Assembly: GCA_963667845.2 (NCBI GenBank)
Contig: CAXXVL010000002.1
Span: forward strand, 1,120,001 to 1,184,000
DNA: 64,000 bases
Origin: Smithellaceae bacterium
GTDB taxonomy: Bacteria; Desulfobacterota; Syntrophia; Syntrophales; Smithellaceae
Direction: 5' to 3'
Of the stretch, positions 36,899 to 47,886 are shown in pieces (the stretch's first letter is position 1; the number at the start of each line of letters is the position of its first letter). Position numbers and translations under genes: made by a program. The notes below the pieces were generated by a model. The model did no database searches and was not told where the DNA came from. It worked only from the letters and a program-made list of their open reading frames with translations.

Positions 36899-38712
36899 AA
36901 CTTACCCCTTTCGATTTTGAATGGTTTGTATTCAACTCCTCCCCCTTCGAAGAAACTTTTAAAGGCTTCTACAAAATGGAGTCGGGCGGAATGGATGGTG
37001 CTTCCCAGAATGGAAAGCGCAAGGTTGAACGTATGCCCCAGGATTATCACAAACACCGCCAGTGGAATACCGATGATCGGGCCTGCGGCGTTGAAAATCA
37101 TCAGGGCCAACTGGTTCATCACCGCGGCGATGGCGCCGGTCGCGATACCCAGGCCGAATAGACGGGCATAGGAGAGGAGATCGCCGACAAGGCCGGTGAG
37201 GCCATAGACATTCCAGAGGCCGATGCCGAGCCGTATGAACCAATTCGGGTTGCTGGTGGCAAATAACAGGGTTAAAACCAGACCCAGACCGAGGAAGCCG
37301 ATCCCCCCATAGAAAATCCACATCTCAGAAGGAGCGGGAAACCAGATATTTCTGACGATCAGCATCACGCCGCCCCAGAGAACAAAAATTAGGCCGAGTT
37401 TCTGGAGCCTAATATACCGGTCGGCCGACTGCGCCACTCCCAGAAGATAAGAAAGAGTCAAATGAACAACCCCCAGGCCGAGGGCCAGGTAGAAGTAAAG
37501 CATCGGATTGCCGGTGCCTACGGAAACGTCGAGAAGAATCCAGCGGCGATCCTCAAAGTTGTAGCCGAAGACGGAACCCGTGATGATGCCCATAAGCACG
37601 GCGGCCACGGCAAAGGCCTTGCAGAGCTTGATGACCAGCGGCAACCCTTCCACTTTCCCGCCCCATTTGCGCCCGATGGCGTGCGCAACCAGATAGAGGA
37701 CCACACCGTAACCGGCGTCGGACAGGCATATTCCGAAAAACAGGACCATAAAAGGGGCAAAGAAATAGGACGGATCGAGGTCACGATACTTGGGACTGCC
37801 GTAAAGCTTTAAAAGGGGTTCGATGCGCCGGATAAACCAATTATTTTTGAGAAGGACCGGCGGCTCTTCTTCCGGCAGGGAGTCTCTTATTTCGCATTGA
37901 AGCGGAAGGTGCTCCCTTTCGATCTCCCGGAGAAAATCATTGACGTGATCCTCGGGAATCCAACCCTGAAGGCCGAAGAGATAATCCTCGGCATAGAGCG
38001 TCCCCATCTGCTCCAGATAGTGCGCCTCGTTGAGGGCGGACGTCATCTGAGCTTTCAGAGCATCGGCTCTCAGGGCGATACCGGCCAGGCGGGCGGCGAA
38101 GGACTCTTCTTCCGCCTTCAGCCGTTCGATTTCTTGCCGGGCTTTCGCAAGCCCCATTTCCGGCATCGGCAGGGGAGAGGCGACGGGAATGTCGATTGGT
38201 CCTTCCAGCGAAATGGTATAAAACAATATCGTCGGCTTTTCCGAAATAATCTCGGCAAAAATTCCATCGGGAATGGTCAGCTCGGCGCCTTTCTTGCGAT
38301 CCATGCGCCAGCGCCGGACAGACACACCGGCCTCTTCCAGACGACGCAATGCTTCGGGATCGAAATCTCCCCAGGGGGTGAGATCATCGGCCAGGCGTTC
38401 GAGAGCCTGTCTCCGGTTGCCAACCTCCTGAAGGGCCGCCAGCTCATCTTCCGCACAGCGAGCCAGTTCATCATCGGGACAATCGACAGGATGCCTCTCT
38501 TCGCGGCGGCTATAGCGGCTCACCGCCTCTTCGATCTGCCCGATCCTGCGCAGACGCAGCAGAGCGGCGGAAGCCTCTTTCTCGCCTGGGCCAGCAAGGG
38601 GTTGAACCGGTTCGAGGTGAACAACGCCGGCGCGCTGGAGAAAACGCACCGTTTCTTCTTTATGAACGGAAGAGCCGACCAGAAATATCCGGTCCATTTT
38701 CGCGATGGCCAT
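36895..38712 (-). CDS. ntpI: V/A-type ATPase subunit I
   Basis: FFGICLSDAGYG, DLLSYARL, HSARLHFVE. Confidence 0.92.
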   Translation of the reverse strand: MAIAKMDRIFLVGSSVHKEETVRFLQRAGVVHLEPVQPLAGPGEKEASAALLRLRRIGQIEEAVSRYSRREERHPVDCPDDELARCAEDELAALQEVGNRRQALERLADDLTPWGDFDPEALRRLEEAGVSVRRWRMDRKKGAELTIPDGIFAEIISEKPTILFYTISLEGPIDIPVASPLPMPEMGLAKARQEIERLKAEEESFAARLAGIALRADALKAQMTSALNEAHYLEQMGTLYAEDYLFGLQGWIPEDHVNDFLREIEREHLPLQCEIRDSLPEEEPPVLLKNNWFIRRIEPLLKLYGSPKYRDLDPSYFFAPFMVLFFGICLSDAGYGVVLYLVAHAIGRKWGGKVEGLPLVIKLCKAFAVAAVLMGIITGSVFGYNFEDRRWILLDVSVGTGNPMLYFYLALGLGVVHLTLSYLLGVAQSADRYIRLQKLGLIFVLWGGVMLIVRNIWFPAPSEMWIFYGGIGFLGLGLVLTLLFATSNPNWFIRLGIGLWNVYGLTGLVGDLLSYARLFGLGIATGAIAAVMNQLALMIFNAAGPIIGIPLAVFVIILGHTFNLALSILGSTIHSARLHFVEAFKSFFEGGGVEYKPFKIERGKL

Positions 38713-38770
38713 GGTCAAGACCTCCCTCGGCCCGTCTTTTTGCCGGACGGCCGTTTAATGTTGTTATCCA

Positions 38771-39373
38771 TCATAAACCCGCCTCCAGCAGGCGCTTGGC
38801 AACCTTGGCCACGCCCACGGCGGCGGCCTGCTGGTCCTGGAGATAAACAGTGATTTTGCGCAGGGCTTCGCGGCACTGGGGAATCAGCCGCTGCTCATAG
38901 AGGTTGATCCGCTGGCTCGTCTTGCGGAAACCGTCCGCTAGAATCCGTTCCTGCTTAAGGAGTATCTTCAGGTGCTCGCGCCGGCGAATCGCTTCCCGCA
39001 GGCGCTTAAGGACAATTTCGAAACTGTAGGATGTGGCGAAGATGCTGTAGGAGATATCTTCGAAGATCACCTCCTGAAAAAGCGGAATCTTCAAACCCGC
39101 CACATTATGCATGGAAACCCCGACCTGCCGGATTTTGATAAACGGCTTAAGCTGGCCCTCCATATCCCGAACCAAAGGAGCCCATAGAGCAATGTCCGCC
39201 ATAAGCTGAAGCAGAGCGTGATCTTGCTCCCGGATGTCCTTCCGGACGACCGCCAGTTGCATGAGGAACTGCTGCTTGCGCGCCTCCAGAGCGGGAAGAA
39301 AGCGCTGATAGAGCGCCATTTTTTGTTTTTGCTCCCGCAGCGACACTTTATTGAGTTTGATCCGCTGTGCCAT
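38771..39373 (-). CDS. ntpD: V/A-type ATPase subunit D
   Basis: RFLPALE.RK, TSQRINLYE..LIP; operon position. Confidence 0.9.
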   Translation of the reverse strand: MAQRIKLNKVSLREQKQKMALYQRFLPALEARKQQFLMQLAVVRKDIREQDHALLQLMADIALWAPLVRDMEGQLKPFIKIRQVGVSMHNVAGLKIPLFQEVIFEDISYSIFATSYSFEIVLKRLREAIRRREHLKILLKQERILADGFRKTSQRINLYEQRLIPQCREALRKITVYLQDQQAAAVGVAKVAKRLLEAGL

Positions 39374-39377
39374 GTTT

Positions 39378-40694
39378 TCAGATCTCGCAGAGTTTATCTT
39401 TTATCCAGTGCTGATCAATAAATTCCTGCTTAATGCCGACTTCTTCCGGCCGGAAGCATTCCGACAACGTTTTCCAGCCCAAATCCAGGGCATCGTTGAG
39501 GCCGATGTCCACGTTCAGATCCATGAACCGCTCATAGAAGAGCTTCCCGAATCGCAGATACCGTTCATCGTCCTCTGTCCTGTCGAATCCCATGGCCAGC
39601 TTCTGCTCCACTTCGCGGCTCTTGGCGAAAAGGCGGATCATGCTGTTCATGATCACCCCGTGGTCGGCGCGGGTCACCTTGCCGATGACCAGCTGTTTGA
39701 GGCGAGAGAGAGATCCGAAGGGTTCGATGACCCCTTTGCGCAGATAGAATTGTCCTTCTGTAATATAGCCCGTATTGTCGGGAACCGGATGCGTGACGTC
39801 ATCGCCCGGCATGGAGGTTACGGCCAGAACGGTGATGCTGCCCGCGCCTTCAAAATCCACGGCCTTTTCGTAGCGTGCCGCCAGATCGCTGTAGAGCGAT
39901 CCCGGATATCCGAGGTTGGAAGGGACCTGATCCATGGAGATGGCGATTTCCTTCAAGGCATCGGCAAACGCCGTCATGTCCGTGAGCAGCACCAGCACGC
40001 GCTTCCCCCGGACGCCGAACTGTTCCGCCACGGCCAGGGCCATGTCGGGCACCAGCAGCCGCTCTACAACGGGGTCGGATGCCGTATGAACAAACATGAT
40101 GGAACGGGAGATCACGCCCGCCTCTTCGAAGGCGTGCCGGAATTTAAGATATTCGTCATACTTGAGGCCGATGCCGCCCAGGATCACCACATCAGCGTCG
40201 GCGCGCATGCCGATGCGGGCCAAAAGGTCGTTATAGGGCTCGCCCGCCGCGGCAAAGATCGGCAGTTTCTGGCTTTCCACCAGGGGATTGAAAACATCCA
40301 CCATGGGGACGCGCGTTTCAATAAACCCCCGGGGAATAACGCGCCGGACGGGGTTGACCGAAGGACCGCCTATTTCGATTTTAGGCAACGCCGTCAGATC
40401 GGGTCCGTTGTCGATCGGCTCGCCGGAACCGTTGAATATTCTGCCCAGCAGAGCATCACCGAAAGCCACGCGCATGGGGCGCCCCAGGAAACGGACCTGA
40501 TCGCCCGTGGACACGCCCCGGGACCCGGCAAATACCTGTAAGAAAACATCATGACCCTTGAGCCGGATCACCTGGGCCAAAGACACACCGTGCCTGCTTT
40601 TCACCTGCGCCAGTTCACCATAACCGATGTCCCTCGCGGGTACCGTGATAATGTCGCCCTGGATTCTGATGATGTGAGAGTGTTCTGTTAACAT
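39378..40694 (-). CDS. ntpB: V/A-type ATPase subunit B
   Basis: [33 protein letters not shown]. Confidence 0.95.
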   Translation of the reverse strand: MLTEHSHIIRIQGDIITVPARDIGYGELAQVKSRHGVSLAQVIRLKGHDVFLQVFAGSRGVSTGDQVRFLGRPMRVAFGDALLGRIFNGSGEPIDNGPDLTALPKIEIGGPSVNPVRRVIPRGFIETRVPMVDVFNPLVESQKLPIFAAAGEPYNDLLARIGMRADADVVILGGIGLKYDEYLKFRHAFEEAGVISRSIMFVHTASDPVVERLLVPDMALAVAEQFGVRGKRVLVLLTDMTAFADALKEIAISMDQVPSNLGYPGSLYSDLAARYEKAVDFEGAGSITVLAVTSMPGDDVTHPVPDNTGYITEGQFYLRKGVIEPFGSLSRLKQLVIGKVTRADHGVIMNSMIRLFAKSREVEQKLAMGFDRTEDDERYLRFGKLFYERFMDLNVDIGLNDALDLGWKTLSECFRPEEVGIKQEFIDQHWIKDKLCEI

Positions 40695-42469
40695 GGGCTG
40701 ATTGCTCCTTGTCCTGCTATGATGGACTCGATCTCGCCGCGGTATCTAAGATAGGATTCCCCCTTAAAAGGGCAGTATTTCATCTGGAAGAAACGGTTGT
40801 GAAGGGCGGTCATCTCCAGACGCGCCTTTTCTTTGTTCTCAAAGGTGAACGGATGGTGCACCATATCCATTAAAAGCAGAAAATCGGCAACCTGGCGTTC
40901 CAGTGAAGTTGCACGGTCCACAACATCGAACGAATCCTGCTGGAGGCAGACGGCGTCCACAATCTCGGATTTCAGATAGGTGATGAGGTCGTCAAGCCCG
41001 ATTCCCTCTTCACCGACGACAAGCATCATCTGATGCACGTCGCTGCCGGCGTAGAGAAGCTGGTGGACCTCTTCGACCAGCTTCACCCATCCGTCGCTGC
41101 GCTGGGCGAGCGACTCCTGCATTTGCCGAAGATAGAGGCTCCAGGAGATGAGAGGATCAATGGCCGGATAGCGCCGCTGGTCGGAGCGTGTCCGGGAAAG
41201 ACCATAGAAGGCGCCCACAACCTTGAGGGTGTTTTGCGTGACAGGTTCTTCGAAATTGCCGCCGGCGGGTGAAACATTGCCGATCACGGTGAGCGATCCG
41301 GTAGCACCGTCGGAAAGCTCCACCAGCCCCGCGCGTTCATAAACGGCGGCGATACGGCTTTCCAGATAGGCGGGGAACGCCTCTTCGCCGGGAATTTCTT
41401 CCAGTCTGGCCGAAGATTCACGGAGAGCCTGAGCCCAGCGGGACGTGCTGTCGGCCAGGAGGAGCACCTTGAGCCCCAGAGAGCGGTAATATTCGCCGAT
41501 GGTAATACCCGTGTAAATGGACGCCTCGCGGGCCGCGACGGGCATGGACGACGTATTGCAGATGATCACCGTCCTGTTCATCAGAGAGCCGCCCGTCTTG
41601 GGATCTTCCAGTTCCGGAAACTCCCGGATGGTCTCCACGACTTCACCGGCCCGCTCTCCGCAGGCCACGATAATCACGACGTCCGCCTCGGCATAGCGGG
41701 AAATAATCTGCTGCAGAACGGTCTTGCCGGCTCCAAAAGGGCCGGGAATACAGGCCGTGCCGCCTTCGGCCAGGGGGAAGAAAATATCAATGAGACGGCA
41801 CTGGGTAAGCATCTGCCGGCTGGGGAGCAGCCTCTCCCGATAGGCGCGGACGGGCATCTTGACGGGCCATTCCTGCTTGAGGGTGACGGGTGCTTCGCGT
41901 CCGTCCTCCGTGCTTTTCAGGACGGCAATGGTCTCACTCACCCGGTAGGGGCCTCGCGGCATGATCTTTATGACTTCCCATGTTCCGCGCAAAGAAAGCG
42001 GAACAATCGTATGGTGCTTGAAGAGTCCTTCGGGAACACTTCCCAGATACTGACCCGCCTTGACAACAGCGCCTGCGCTCACGGAGGGAGTAAAGTCCCA
42101 CTGTCTTTCCTCATCCAGGGAATTTAAGTACTGCCCCCGTTTGAGGAAAAAATCCTGTTCATTTTCCAAATGCGTCAGGGGGTTCTGAAGGCCGTCGTAG
42201 ATCATACCCAGGATGCCCGGCCCCAGAGTTGCCGAGAGCAGTTCGCCGGAAAATTCCACCTCGTTTCCCACGACCATACCCGTGGTGCTCTCGAAAACCT
42301 GCATGTCGATCTGCCGTCCCCGAATACGGATCACCTCCGCTTTGAGGGACGCTCCCTGGCATTTGACATAAGCCACTTCGTTCTGGAGAACCTCACGGCC
42401 CTGGTCGACCTCGCAGGTTACAAGGGGGCCGTTTATCGCGATGATACGACCTTTGGAAAGATCACCCAC
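40688..42469 (-). CDS. ntpA: V/A-type ATPase catalytic subunit A
   Basis: GPFGAGKT Walker [16 protein letters not shown]; start GTG 42469 or TTG 42475. Confidence 0.95.
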   Translation of the reverse strand: MGDLSKGRIIAINGPLVTCEVDQGREVLQNEVAYVKCQGASLKAEVIRIRGRQIDMQVFESTTGMVVGNEVEFSGELLSATLGPGILGMIYDGLQNPLTHLENEQDFFLKRGQYLNSLDEERQWDFTPSVSAGAVVKAGQYLGSVPEGLFKHHTIVPLSLRGTWEVIKIMPRGPYRVSETIAVLKSTEDGREAPVTLKQEWPVKMPVRAYRERLLPSRQMLTQCRLIDIFFPLAEGGTACIPGPFGAGKTVLQQIISRYAEADVVIIVACGERAGEVVETIREFPELEDPKTGGSLMNRTVIICNTSSMPVAAREASIYTGITIGEYYRSLGLKVLLLADSTSRWAQALRESSARLEEIPGEEAFPAYLESRIAAVYERAGLVELSDGATGSLTVIGNVSPAGGNFEEPVTQNTLKVVGAFYGLSRTRSDQRRYPAIDPLISWSLYLRQMQESLAQRSDGWVKLVEEVHQLLYAGSDVHQMMLVVGEEGIGLDDLITYLKSEIVDAVCLQQDSFDVVDRATSLERQVADFLLLMDMVHHPFTFENKEKARLEMTALHNRFFQMKYCPFKGESYLRYRGEIESIIAGQGAISPC

Positions 42470-42471
42470 AT

Positions 42472-43194
42472 TCAACCTCCACTGTATATAAAATTCTCGA
42501 TATCATACGGAATTTGCATTCTCTCCCAGCGGTTGTAAATGAAGGCGCGGGCGAGGAAGGCCAGGATGGCGTCCAGAGAAAAAGGGTTGGCGCCCTGGCA
42601 ATGAAAAATCTGTTTCAGGCGCTCGCCGTCAACGATGCGCTCCGCTTCCAATGGATTGCTTTGACCGTCCAGCCGGGAGAGAAGCCCCGAAAAATCAAAT
42701 GACCGGAGGCCCGGCATAATGGTGCGATCGGCGATATTTCCTTCGCTTTCCCGAAATCGCAGAGCCGCCAGACAATTGCGCAGTTCGATCTCCCAGGCGG
42801 TGTAATCGATCAGGTAGCGGCAACCCTTTTCTTCGGCCCCGGCCAGCAGCGCTCCGTAACAGAGCTCCCAGAGGCGATCATAGATATGGGGACGTCGGAT
42901 TCCCCGCTCCTTTTCGTCCAGGAATTGCCTGATAAACACGGGCAGATTCTGCATGGTTTCCATCTCCTCACGGTTCAGGGTTCCGCCTTCCAGAAAATGA
43001 TCCCTTCCTTGTTCGATGCTTTCCCAATTGGCCGCATCAACGACGGAAAGCTGCGTCCGCAGCAGTTGATCGTCCTGGGGTTGGATATGACGGCGTACGA
43101 TCCGGGTCAGGTCGGGAAACGAGACGGTAAGCTTTTCCCCCAGGGACGACGGCAATGGCGGCAGCAGACACGCTAGGAAATAGTAAGCCCCCAT
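42472..43194 (-). CDS. DUF2764-like protein (probable V-ATPase subunit C equivalent)
   Basis: YYFLACLLPPL N-terminus, position between E and A as in Bacteroidota/Chlamydia-type operons. Confidence 0.75.
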   Translation of the reverse strand: MGAYYFLACLLPPLPSSLGEKLTVSFPDLTRIVRRHIQPQDDQLLRTQLSVVDAANWESIEQGRDHFLEGGTLNREEMETMQNLPVFIRQFLDEKERGIRRPHIYDRLWELCYGALLAGAEEKGCRYLIDYTAWEIELRNCLAALRFRESEGNIADRTIMPGLRSFDFSGLLSRLDGQSNPLEAERIVDGERLKQIFHCQGANPFSLDAILAFLARAFIYNRWERMQIPYDIENFIYSGG

Positions 43195-43200
43195 CGTTTT

Positions 43201-43821
43201 TTACGACTCCTTCCGGGGGAAAAAGTATTTCCGAAAACGGGGCGAACAAAATTCGGAAAACACCTGGACCAGCCCTTCACTGAAATTAATATGGCTGCCC
43301 GTGCCTGCAACACCGATCTTGAAGCCGAAGGAAATTTTATCCGTAAACCGGACCTCCAGCGGATGGGCCATTTTGTGGCGGAACTTTTCGATAAACCAGG
43401 TTTCGAGTTCGGTTTTTTTGGCTGCCGGCAGGAGGATTTCGATGTGATGCTCTTTCCCAATATGCTGGATATATCCGGCAAGAATTTCCAATATCATTTT
43501 TTCTAAGAATTGACCGTCGTTAAGGATGGGTTTAACTTCCGCCTCAATGACGGGATCGACCACCACCTTCTCCAACCGTTCTTCCACCATGATGAGAAAA
43601 TTACGGCTGGCCGTCTCCAGATCGACGTCCATCTGCTTTTTCAGGTTTTCGATTTCCCGTTTGGTCTGCTCCCGGATCTTATCGGCATCCATCCGGGCGG
43701 CGGCAACAATTTTATCAGCTTCCGTCCGGGCGCTTTTACGGAGAAGGTCCGCCTCGGCCTTCGCGGGTTCCAGAACTTTTTGCGTTAATTCACTGGTAAT
43801 GTCTCCCAAGGTTTTTGCCAT
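43201..43821 (-). CDS. ntpE: V/A-type ATPase subunit E
   Basis: N-terminal coiled coil, C-terminal GFKIG motif; first gene of the operon. Confidence 0.85.
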   Translation of the reverse strand: MAKTLGDITSELTQKVLEPAKAEADLLRKSARTEADKIVAAARMDADKIREQTKREIENLKKQMDVDLETASRNFLIMVEERLEKVVVDPVIEAEVKPILNDGQFLEKMILEILAGYIQHIGKEHHIEILLPAAKKTELETWFIEKFRHKMAHPLEVRFTDKISFGFKIGVAGTGSHINFSEGLVQVFSEFCSPRFRKYFFPRKES

Positions 43822-43851
43822 ATTAACTCTCCTCCTTTTACAGGACAGAAC

Positions 43852-43880
43852 TTTTTAGACATGTATAGACAGATTGTCAA
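43852..43880 (-). promoter_or_regulatory. Candidate sigma70 promoter of V-ATPase operon
   Basis: TTGACA-N17-TAAAAA on the minus strand. Confidence 0.45.
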
Positions 43881-43981
43881 GAGGGTTTGTTGCCGCAAGC
43901 GGTCCTGAACTCATTATTTTATCTGCCATATCTCTTTTCCCAGTATTTCATTCATACAGGATTGCACGGTTCTGATCTGTA

Positions 43982-43997
43982 AGCAATCACTTTGCCG
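43982..43997 (-). promoter_or_regulatory. Candidate sigma54 (-24/-12) promoter facing the V-ATPase operon
   Basis: CGGCAAAGTGATTGCT = GG-N10-GC with TTGC. Confidence 0.35.
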
Positions 43998-44587
43998 CTT
44001 TACCCGCGGCTTGATCGCCAATTGATGCCATTTCACATAAATTTTTTCATCGCCCGAATATTGCGCTTCTTTTTTTGTGTTATTTCCAGGTAAAAATAGA
44101 TGTTTGCCGCAAGCGAATTACAAGCAAGATCAGCTTCTCGCGGGATTTTTCAGGGTCGGGGAAATTTGGCTTTTTCAGCTTTTCAGCGGCCTTTGGCCAC
44201 GTCGCGTTTTGGGTCCTTTTGTTTATAAATCTCAGATGTATTGTGTCGCTTTCTAAAAAAGTGTACGCGAAAACCTAGACCATAGAAACAACCGCGATTG
44301 CTTCCGCGTCACACAGTCAGCCGCTGCGAAAGGGATTGAAATGTTTTTTTCAAATATCTTTTAGCCGATTTGAAAGCAGGCAATCAGCGCTTCTGCGAAT
44401 ATCGCTCCTAGGTTAAAGCCGTTTATTTTCAGGACCTTGTGCCAGATATAAATATCTCTTGAAGATGCACTGGAAAGCAGATAAGGTGAGATAACTTTGC
44501 ACTTAGGTGTTGTCGTTGTTATCTTAGCTATACCACACTTGGGATTGATAAAGTTGGCAAAAAGAAGGTTATGGAGGACAATACATA

Positions 44588-45445
44588 ATGGCAGCAACAC
44601 TGCGCAAATCTTTAAAAACCATCGAGGACTACAAGGTCACGAGTCCTCACTATACAGATCTCCTGGATATACTGGCGGAAATCCTGATTCTACGGGAGGA
44701 ATACCGCAAGAATATGACGCAGCCGATTTTTTCAGTGGACAGCAAATTGATTTCCGGGAAAATGGACGGAGGTCTTCCTCTGATTGATCTGGCGGGCCAG
44801 AAATATGATTTAACCCGGCCGAAAGAATACTTTTATTCGCTCATTGCCATCGCCGAAAAAAGAATGCCGGCCGAAGCGCAAAAATTTCTGGACGTGATCA
44901 AGGATGAACATTTCGACTGGGAGACGATTATCCGGTCATCGTTTAATCCTAACGCGGCTGAAGAGGAAATTCCGGATAAAGAAGTGAAAGCATCCGGTGA
45001 ACATGATGATCAACTTGACCTGATCGACCTGTTTATCGAAGAAAGCCTGCGGCCGGAACTGGAAGTTATTGCCGAACAATACGGCAAAGCGGTTGAAAAA
45101 TCGGCCTGGTCGGAAGGCTATTGTCCCATTTGCGGCAAGGAACCAAAAATCGGCGAAATCCGGGAGAAGGAAGACGGCAGGCGGTATCTTTTCTGCCATC
45201 AGTGCGGCTATAAGTGGCATTTCCGCCGGATCAAATGCCCTTTCTGCGGGAATGAAGAGCAACATTCCCTGGCGTATTTTGCCGTGGAAGGTGAAGAAAG
45301 CCATCGGGTAGATGTCTGCAATAAATGCCGCCGCTACATCAAAATCGTCGAGTTGCCCAAGTCGTCTGAGGATGTGAATCTGGACGTGGAAGATATCGCC
45401 ACCCTGCACCTCGACATGCTGGCCTATGAGGAAGGCTATAACTGA
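44588..45445 (+). CDS. fdhE: Formate dehydrogenase accessory protein FdhE
   Basis: CPICG, RYLFCHQC..W...RIKCPFCG, C..C.RYIK, ATLHLD. Confidence 0.9.
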   Translation: MAATLRKSLKTIEDYKVTSPHYTDLLDILAEILILREEYRKNMTQPIFSVDSKLISGKMDGGLPLIDLAGQKYDLTRPKEYFYSLIAIAEKRMPAEAQKFLDVIKDEHFDWETIIRSSFNPNAAEEEIPDKEVKASGEHDDQLDLIDLFIEESLRPELEVIAEQYGKAVEKSAWSEGYCPICGKEPKIGEIREKEDGRRYLFCHQCGYKWHFRRIKCPFCGNEEQHSLAYFAVEGEESHRVDVCNKCRRYIKIVELPKSSEDVNLDVEDIATLHLDMLAYEEGYN

Positions 45446-45480
45446 AAAGGGCTGTAGCTTTTAGACTATAGACTGTTAGA

Positions 45481-45521
45481 AAAAAAGCCCCTTGAGGATT
45501 TGTCCCCAGGGGGCTTTTTTT
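45481..45521. terminator. Bidirectional Rho-independent terminator
   Basis: AAAAAAGCCCCT...AGGGGGCTTTTTTT between convergent genes. Confidence 0.85.
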
Positions 45522-47196
45522 ATTTCTTGTGCTGCGTCTGCCGAAATGATGCGCCAAGGCGCGACAGGCCTTCCGAGCAGTCCCGGTTGGGAAGACACGC
45601 CTCGATAAAGACAAGCTTATCTTTTTCGGCGGCCGCCGTGGCGAAAGCTTGCGCGAGTTCCTCTTCATTGCCTGCACGGATTCCGATAACCCTGTCCCCA
45701 CCGCCGAAGGCGCAGGGCAGTGATGCGTAATTCCACATCTGGATATCATTATAGAGACCATCTTCATGAAGCACCCGTTCGATCAGATAACCGTCATTGT
45801 TGATGAGGATCACCACGGCGGGCAGGTGCTGCCGGATCAGCGTTGAGATCTCCTGAGCCGTCATCTGAAATGCACCGTCGCCCGTGAGCACTACCGGCCG
45901 TTTCTGCGGTCTGGCCGCGGCGACGCCCAGCGCCGCCGGCGTGCAAAAGCCGATGGAGGTGTAGTAGGCCTGAACGATAAAATTTTCCGCTTCTTCAATG
46001 TGAAATTCGGGTGCCGCGCAAAAGGCATCCCCCGGTTCGGCCAAAAGGACCATATGGTCGTCGAGGAAACTGTTCACGCATTCGTAGAGCCGCGACGCCG
46101 TCAGGACCCGGTCCTTTTCCGGAACAAACGGACCCCGGGGACGACGCGTTTCATCCGGATGAGAATTCACATACAGTCGTGTCTTTGCCTTCTTGGTCAG
46201 GGCTCGGATAAAATCTCCCAGTTGTACGTTATGGTAAAAGTGGCGGCCGATGCGAACATCGCCGTCGCCCGCATCGATGATGCGCTTGTTGTCGAAGTTC
46301 ATGCTGAAAAGTCCCGTGTCCAGATCCGTGATCCACACGCCCAGTGACAGCAGGCAGTCCGACGATTCCACCTGTCTTTTCACGGTCTCGCGGCTCCAGC
46401 TGCCCTGGTAGATTCCGATGAACTGCGGGTGCATTTCCGGCAGAACGCATTTGCTGCTCAGCATGGTCGAAAAAGGGATTTCAACCGTTTCCACAAGATT
46501 CAGCGCGGCGGGTCCCAGGCCGAAACGCAGGAGTTCCACACCGGCCAGTACCACGGGATTGGCTGCCGCATCGAGAATCCTTGCGGCTTCTTCGACGCAC
46601 TCGTCCAAGCTTTCCGGATCGGAGACCCGCTGCCGGGAGTGCGAAATGGGCCGCGGCGGACGGCATGTCACACGGGCCATATCCGCCGGCAGCTCGATGT
46701 ATGCGGGCAGTTTGTGAATAACGGCATTCATAATGGCGCGATCGATTTTCTCCGGCGCGGAATCTGCATCGGTGATGATTGCCGCATCAACCGTTACTTT
46801 CTTGAAAATCTCCAGTTGGACGTCGTAGCCGGCGATCAGATGATGGACCAGCGCGCCCGTTTCCCGTCGATGCGCGGGAGGTGCGCCGCTGATCACGATC
46901 AGAGGCACGCGCTCGGCATAGGCTCCGGCCACCGCATTCAGGATGCTCAAACCGCCGACGCCGTAAGTCACGATCGCGGCTCCGGCACCGTTCATGCGGG
47001 CGTAACCGTCTGCGGCGTAACCGGCGTTCAGCTCATTGCAGGTCCCGATCCATTGCAGGGGACTTACGAGCACCTCGTCGAGAAAATCGAGAATATAGTC
47101 GCCGGGGACACCAAAAAGATGGTTGATGCCGGCTTCCTTCAAACGATGAAGCAAATATTGCGAGATGGTGCAACGGGCATCGGCATTGGCAGTCAT
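45520..47196 (-). CDS. TPP-dependent 2-oxoacid decarboxylase (indolepyruvate/pyruvate decarboxylase family)
   Basis: FGVPGDY, CNELNAGYAADGYAR, VHH, GDGAFQMT..E, NNDGYLIER. Confidence 0.92.
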   Translation of the reverse strand: MTANADARCTISQYLLHRLKEAGINHLFGVPGDYILDFLDEVLVSPLQWIGTCNELNAGYAADGYARMNGAGAAIVTYGVGGLSILNAVAGAYAERVPLIVISGAPPAHRRETGALVHHLIAGYDVQLEIFKKVTVDAAIITDADSAPEKIDRAIMNAVIHKLPAYIELPADMARVTCRPPRPISHSRQRVSDPESLDECVEEAARILDAAANPVVLAGVELLRFGLGPAALNLVETVEIPFSTMLSSKCVLPEMHPQFIGIYQGSWSRETVKRQVESSDCLLSLGVWITDLDTGLFSMNFDNKRIIDAGDGDVRIGRHFYHNVQLGDFIRALTKKAKTRLYVNSHPDETRRPRGPFVPEKDRVLTASRLYECVNSFLDDHMVLLAEPGDAFCAAPEFHIEEAENFIVQAYYTSIGFCTPAALGVAAARPQKRPVVLTGDGAFQMTAQEISTLIRQHLPAVVILINNDGYLIERVLHEDGLYNDIQMWNYASLPCAFGGGDRVIGIRAGNEEELAQAFATAAAEKDKLVFIEACLPNRDCSEGLSRLGASFRQTQHKK

Positions 47197-47429
47197 GGCG
47201 CGCATCCTTTCTTTAAGGAACGTTGAGGGTTAGTGGTGCAATGTAAAATGGAGAATGATCGCAGGGACAAAGTTATAAAAAAGGAAGGCGCCCGTCAAGC
47301 GTATTCTGTTAAATTCGGGCTGAAAGATTGCGCCTGAGCTTTGCCGTCACGGAAGTTGATTTATCAAATAATGTCTCCATTTTTCATTGTTCCTCGCAAA
47401 GTCAGGGACTCCTATTGAAAAGTCCAATT

Positions 47430-47759
47430 TCATTCTTCACTGGAGCGAATGAATATCTCTCTCCTCGGTGGAGGGATGCCATCCCGGCAATCACTCCATT
47501 CGGAAGGTGATTTGCCTTCCGAGTTACACGTGGCGATGCACGTTTCAACAAGCGCCTCGCACATTCTCCTGTCTCCAAAAAAGTAATTGCGGCAGGGCAT
47601 CCTTCTGGCGTTGCAACAGGTTATGCATGTATTGGCGTCTTCGTGTTTGGGTTCATTGGTCGCTTCGTCAGCGATGAAGCTATCGGAAAAGGGGAAGATC
47701 AAAAGAAAAAGGATCATCATACAACATGATATCAGGTGGAGAATTCTTATTGGCCTCAT
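47430..47759 (-). CDS. Small exported cysteine-rich hypothetical protein
   Basis: Hydrophobic N-terminus, 8 Cys in the mature part; GAAGGTGG RBS. Confidence 0.6.
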   Translation of the reverse strand: MRPIRILHLISCCMMILFLLIFPFSDSFIADEATNEPKHEDANTCITCCNARRMPCRNYFFGDRRMCEALVETCIATCNSEGKSPSEWSDCRDGIPPPRREIFIRSSEE

Positions 47760-47886
47760 CAGGCCACCTTCAAATTAAATACGGATATTTGCTGCCTGCT
47801 TAAAAAAAGACTGGGCTACCTGTCCTTGAATGCCCGGGTATGCTGCACGATGGTCAAAGGTCATCTTGACACGGGATGCCCGGACC

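Noticed and set aside
39351..40541. 396-aa + strand ORF, and similar long antisense ORFs at 17945, 37897, 46429, 49355, 50108 and 60381
   Set aside because: Each overlaps a well-supported gene on the opposite strand
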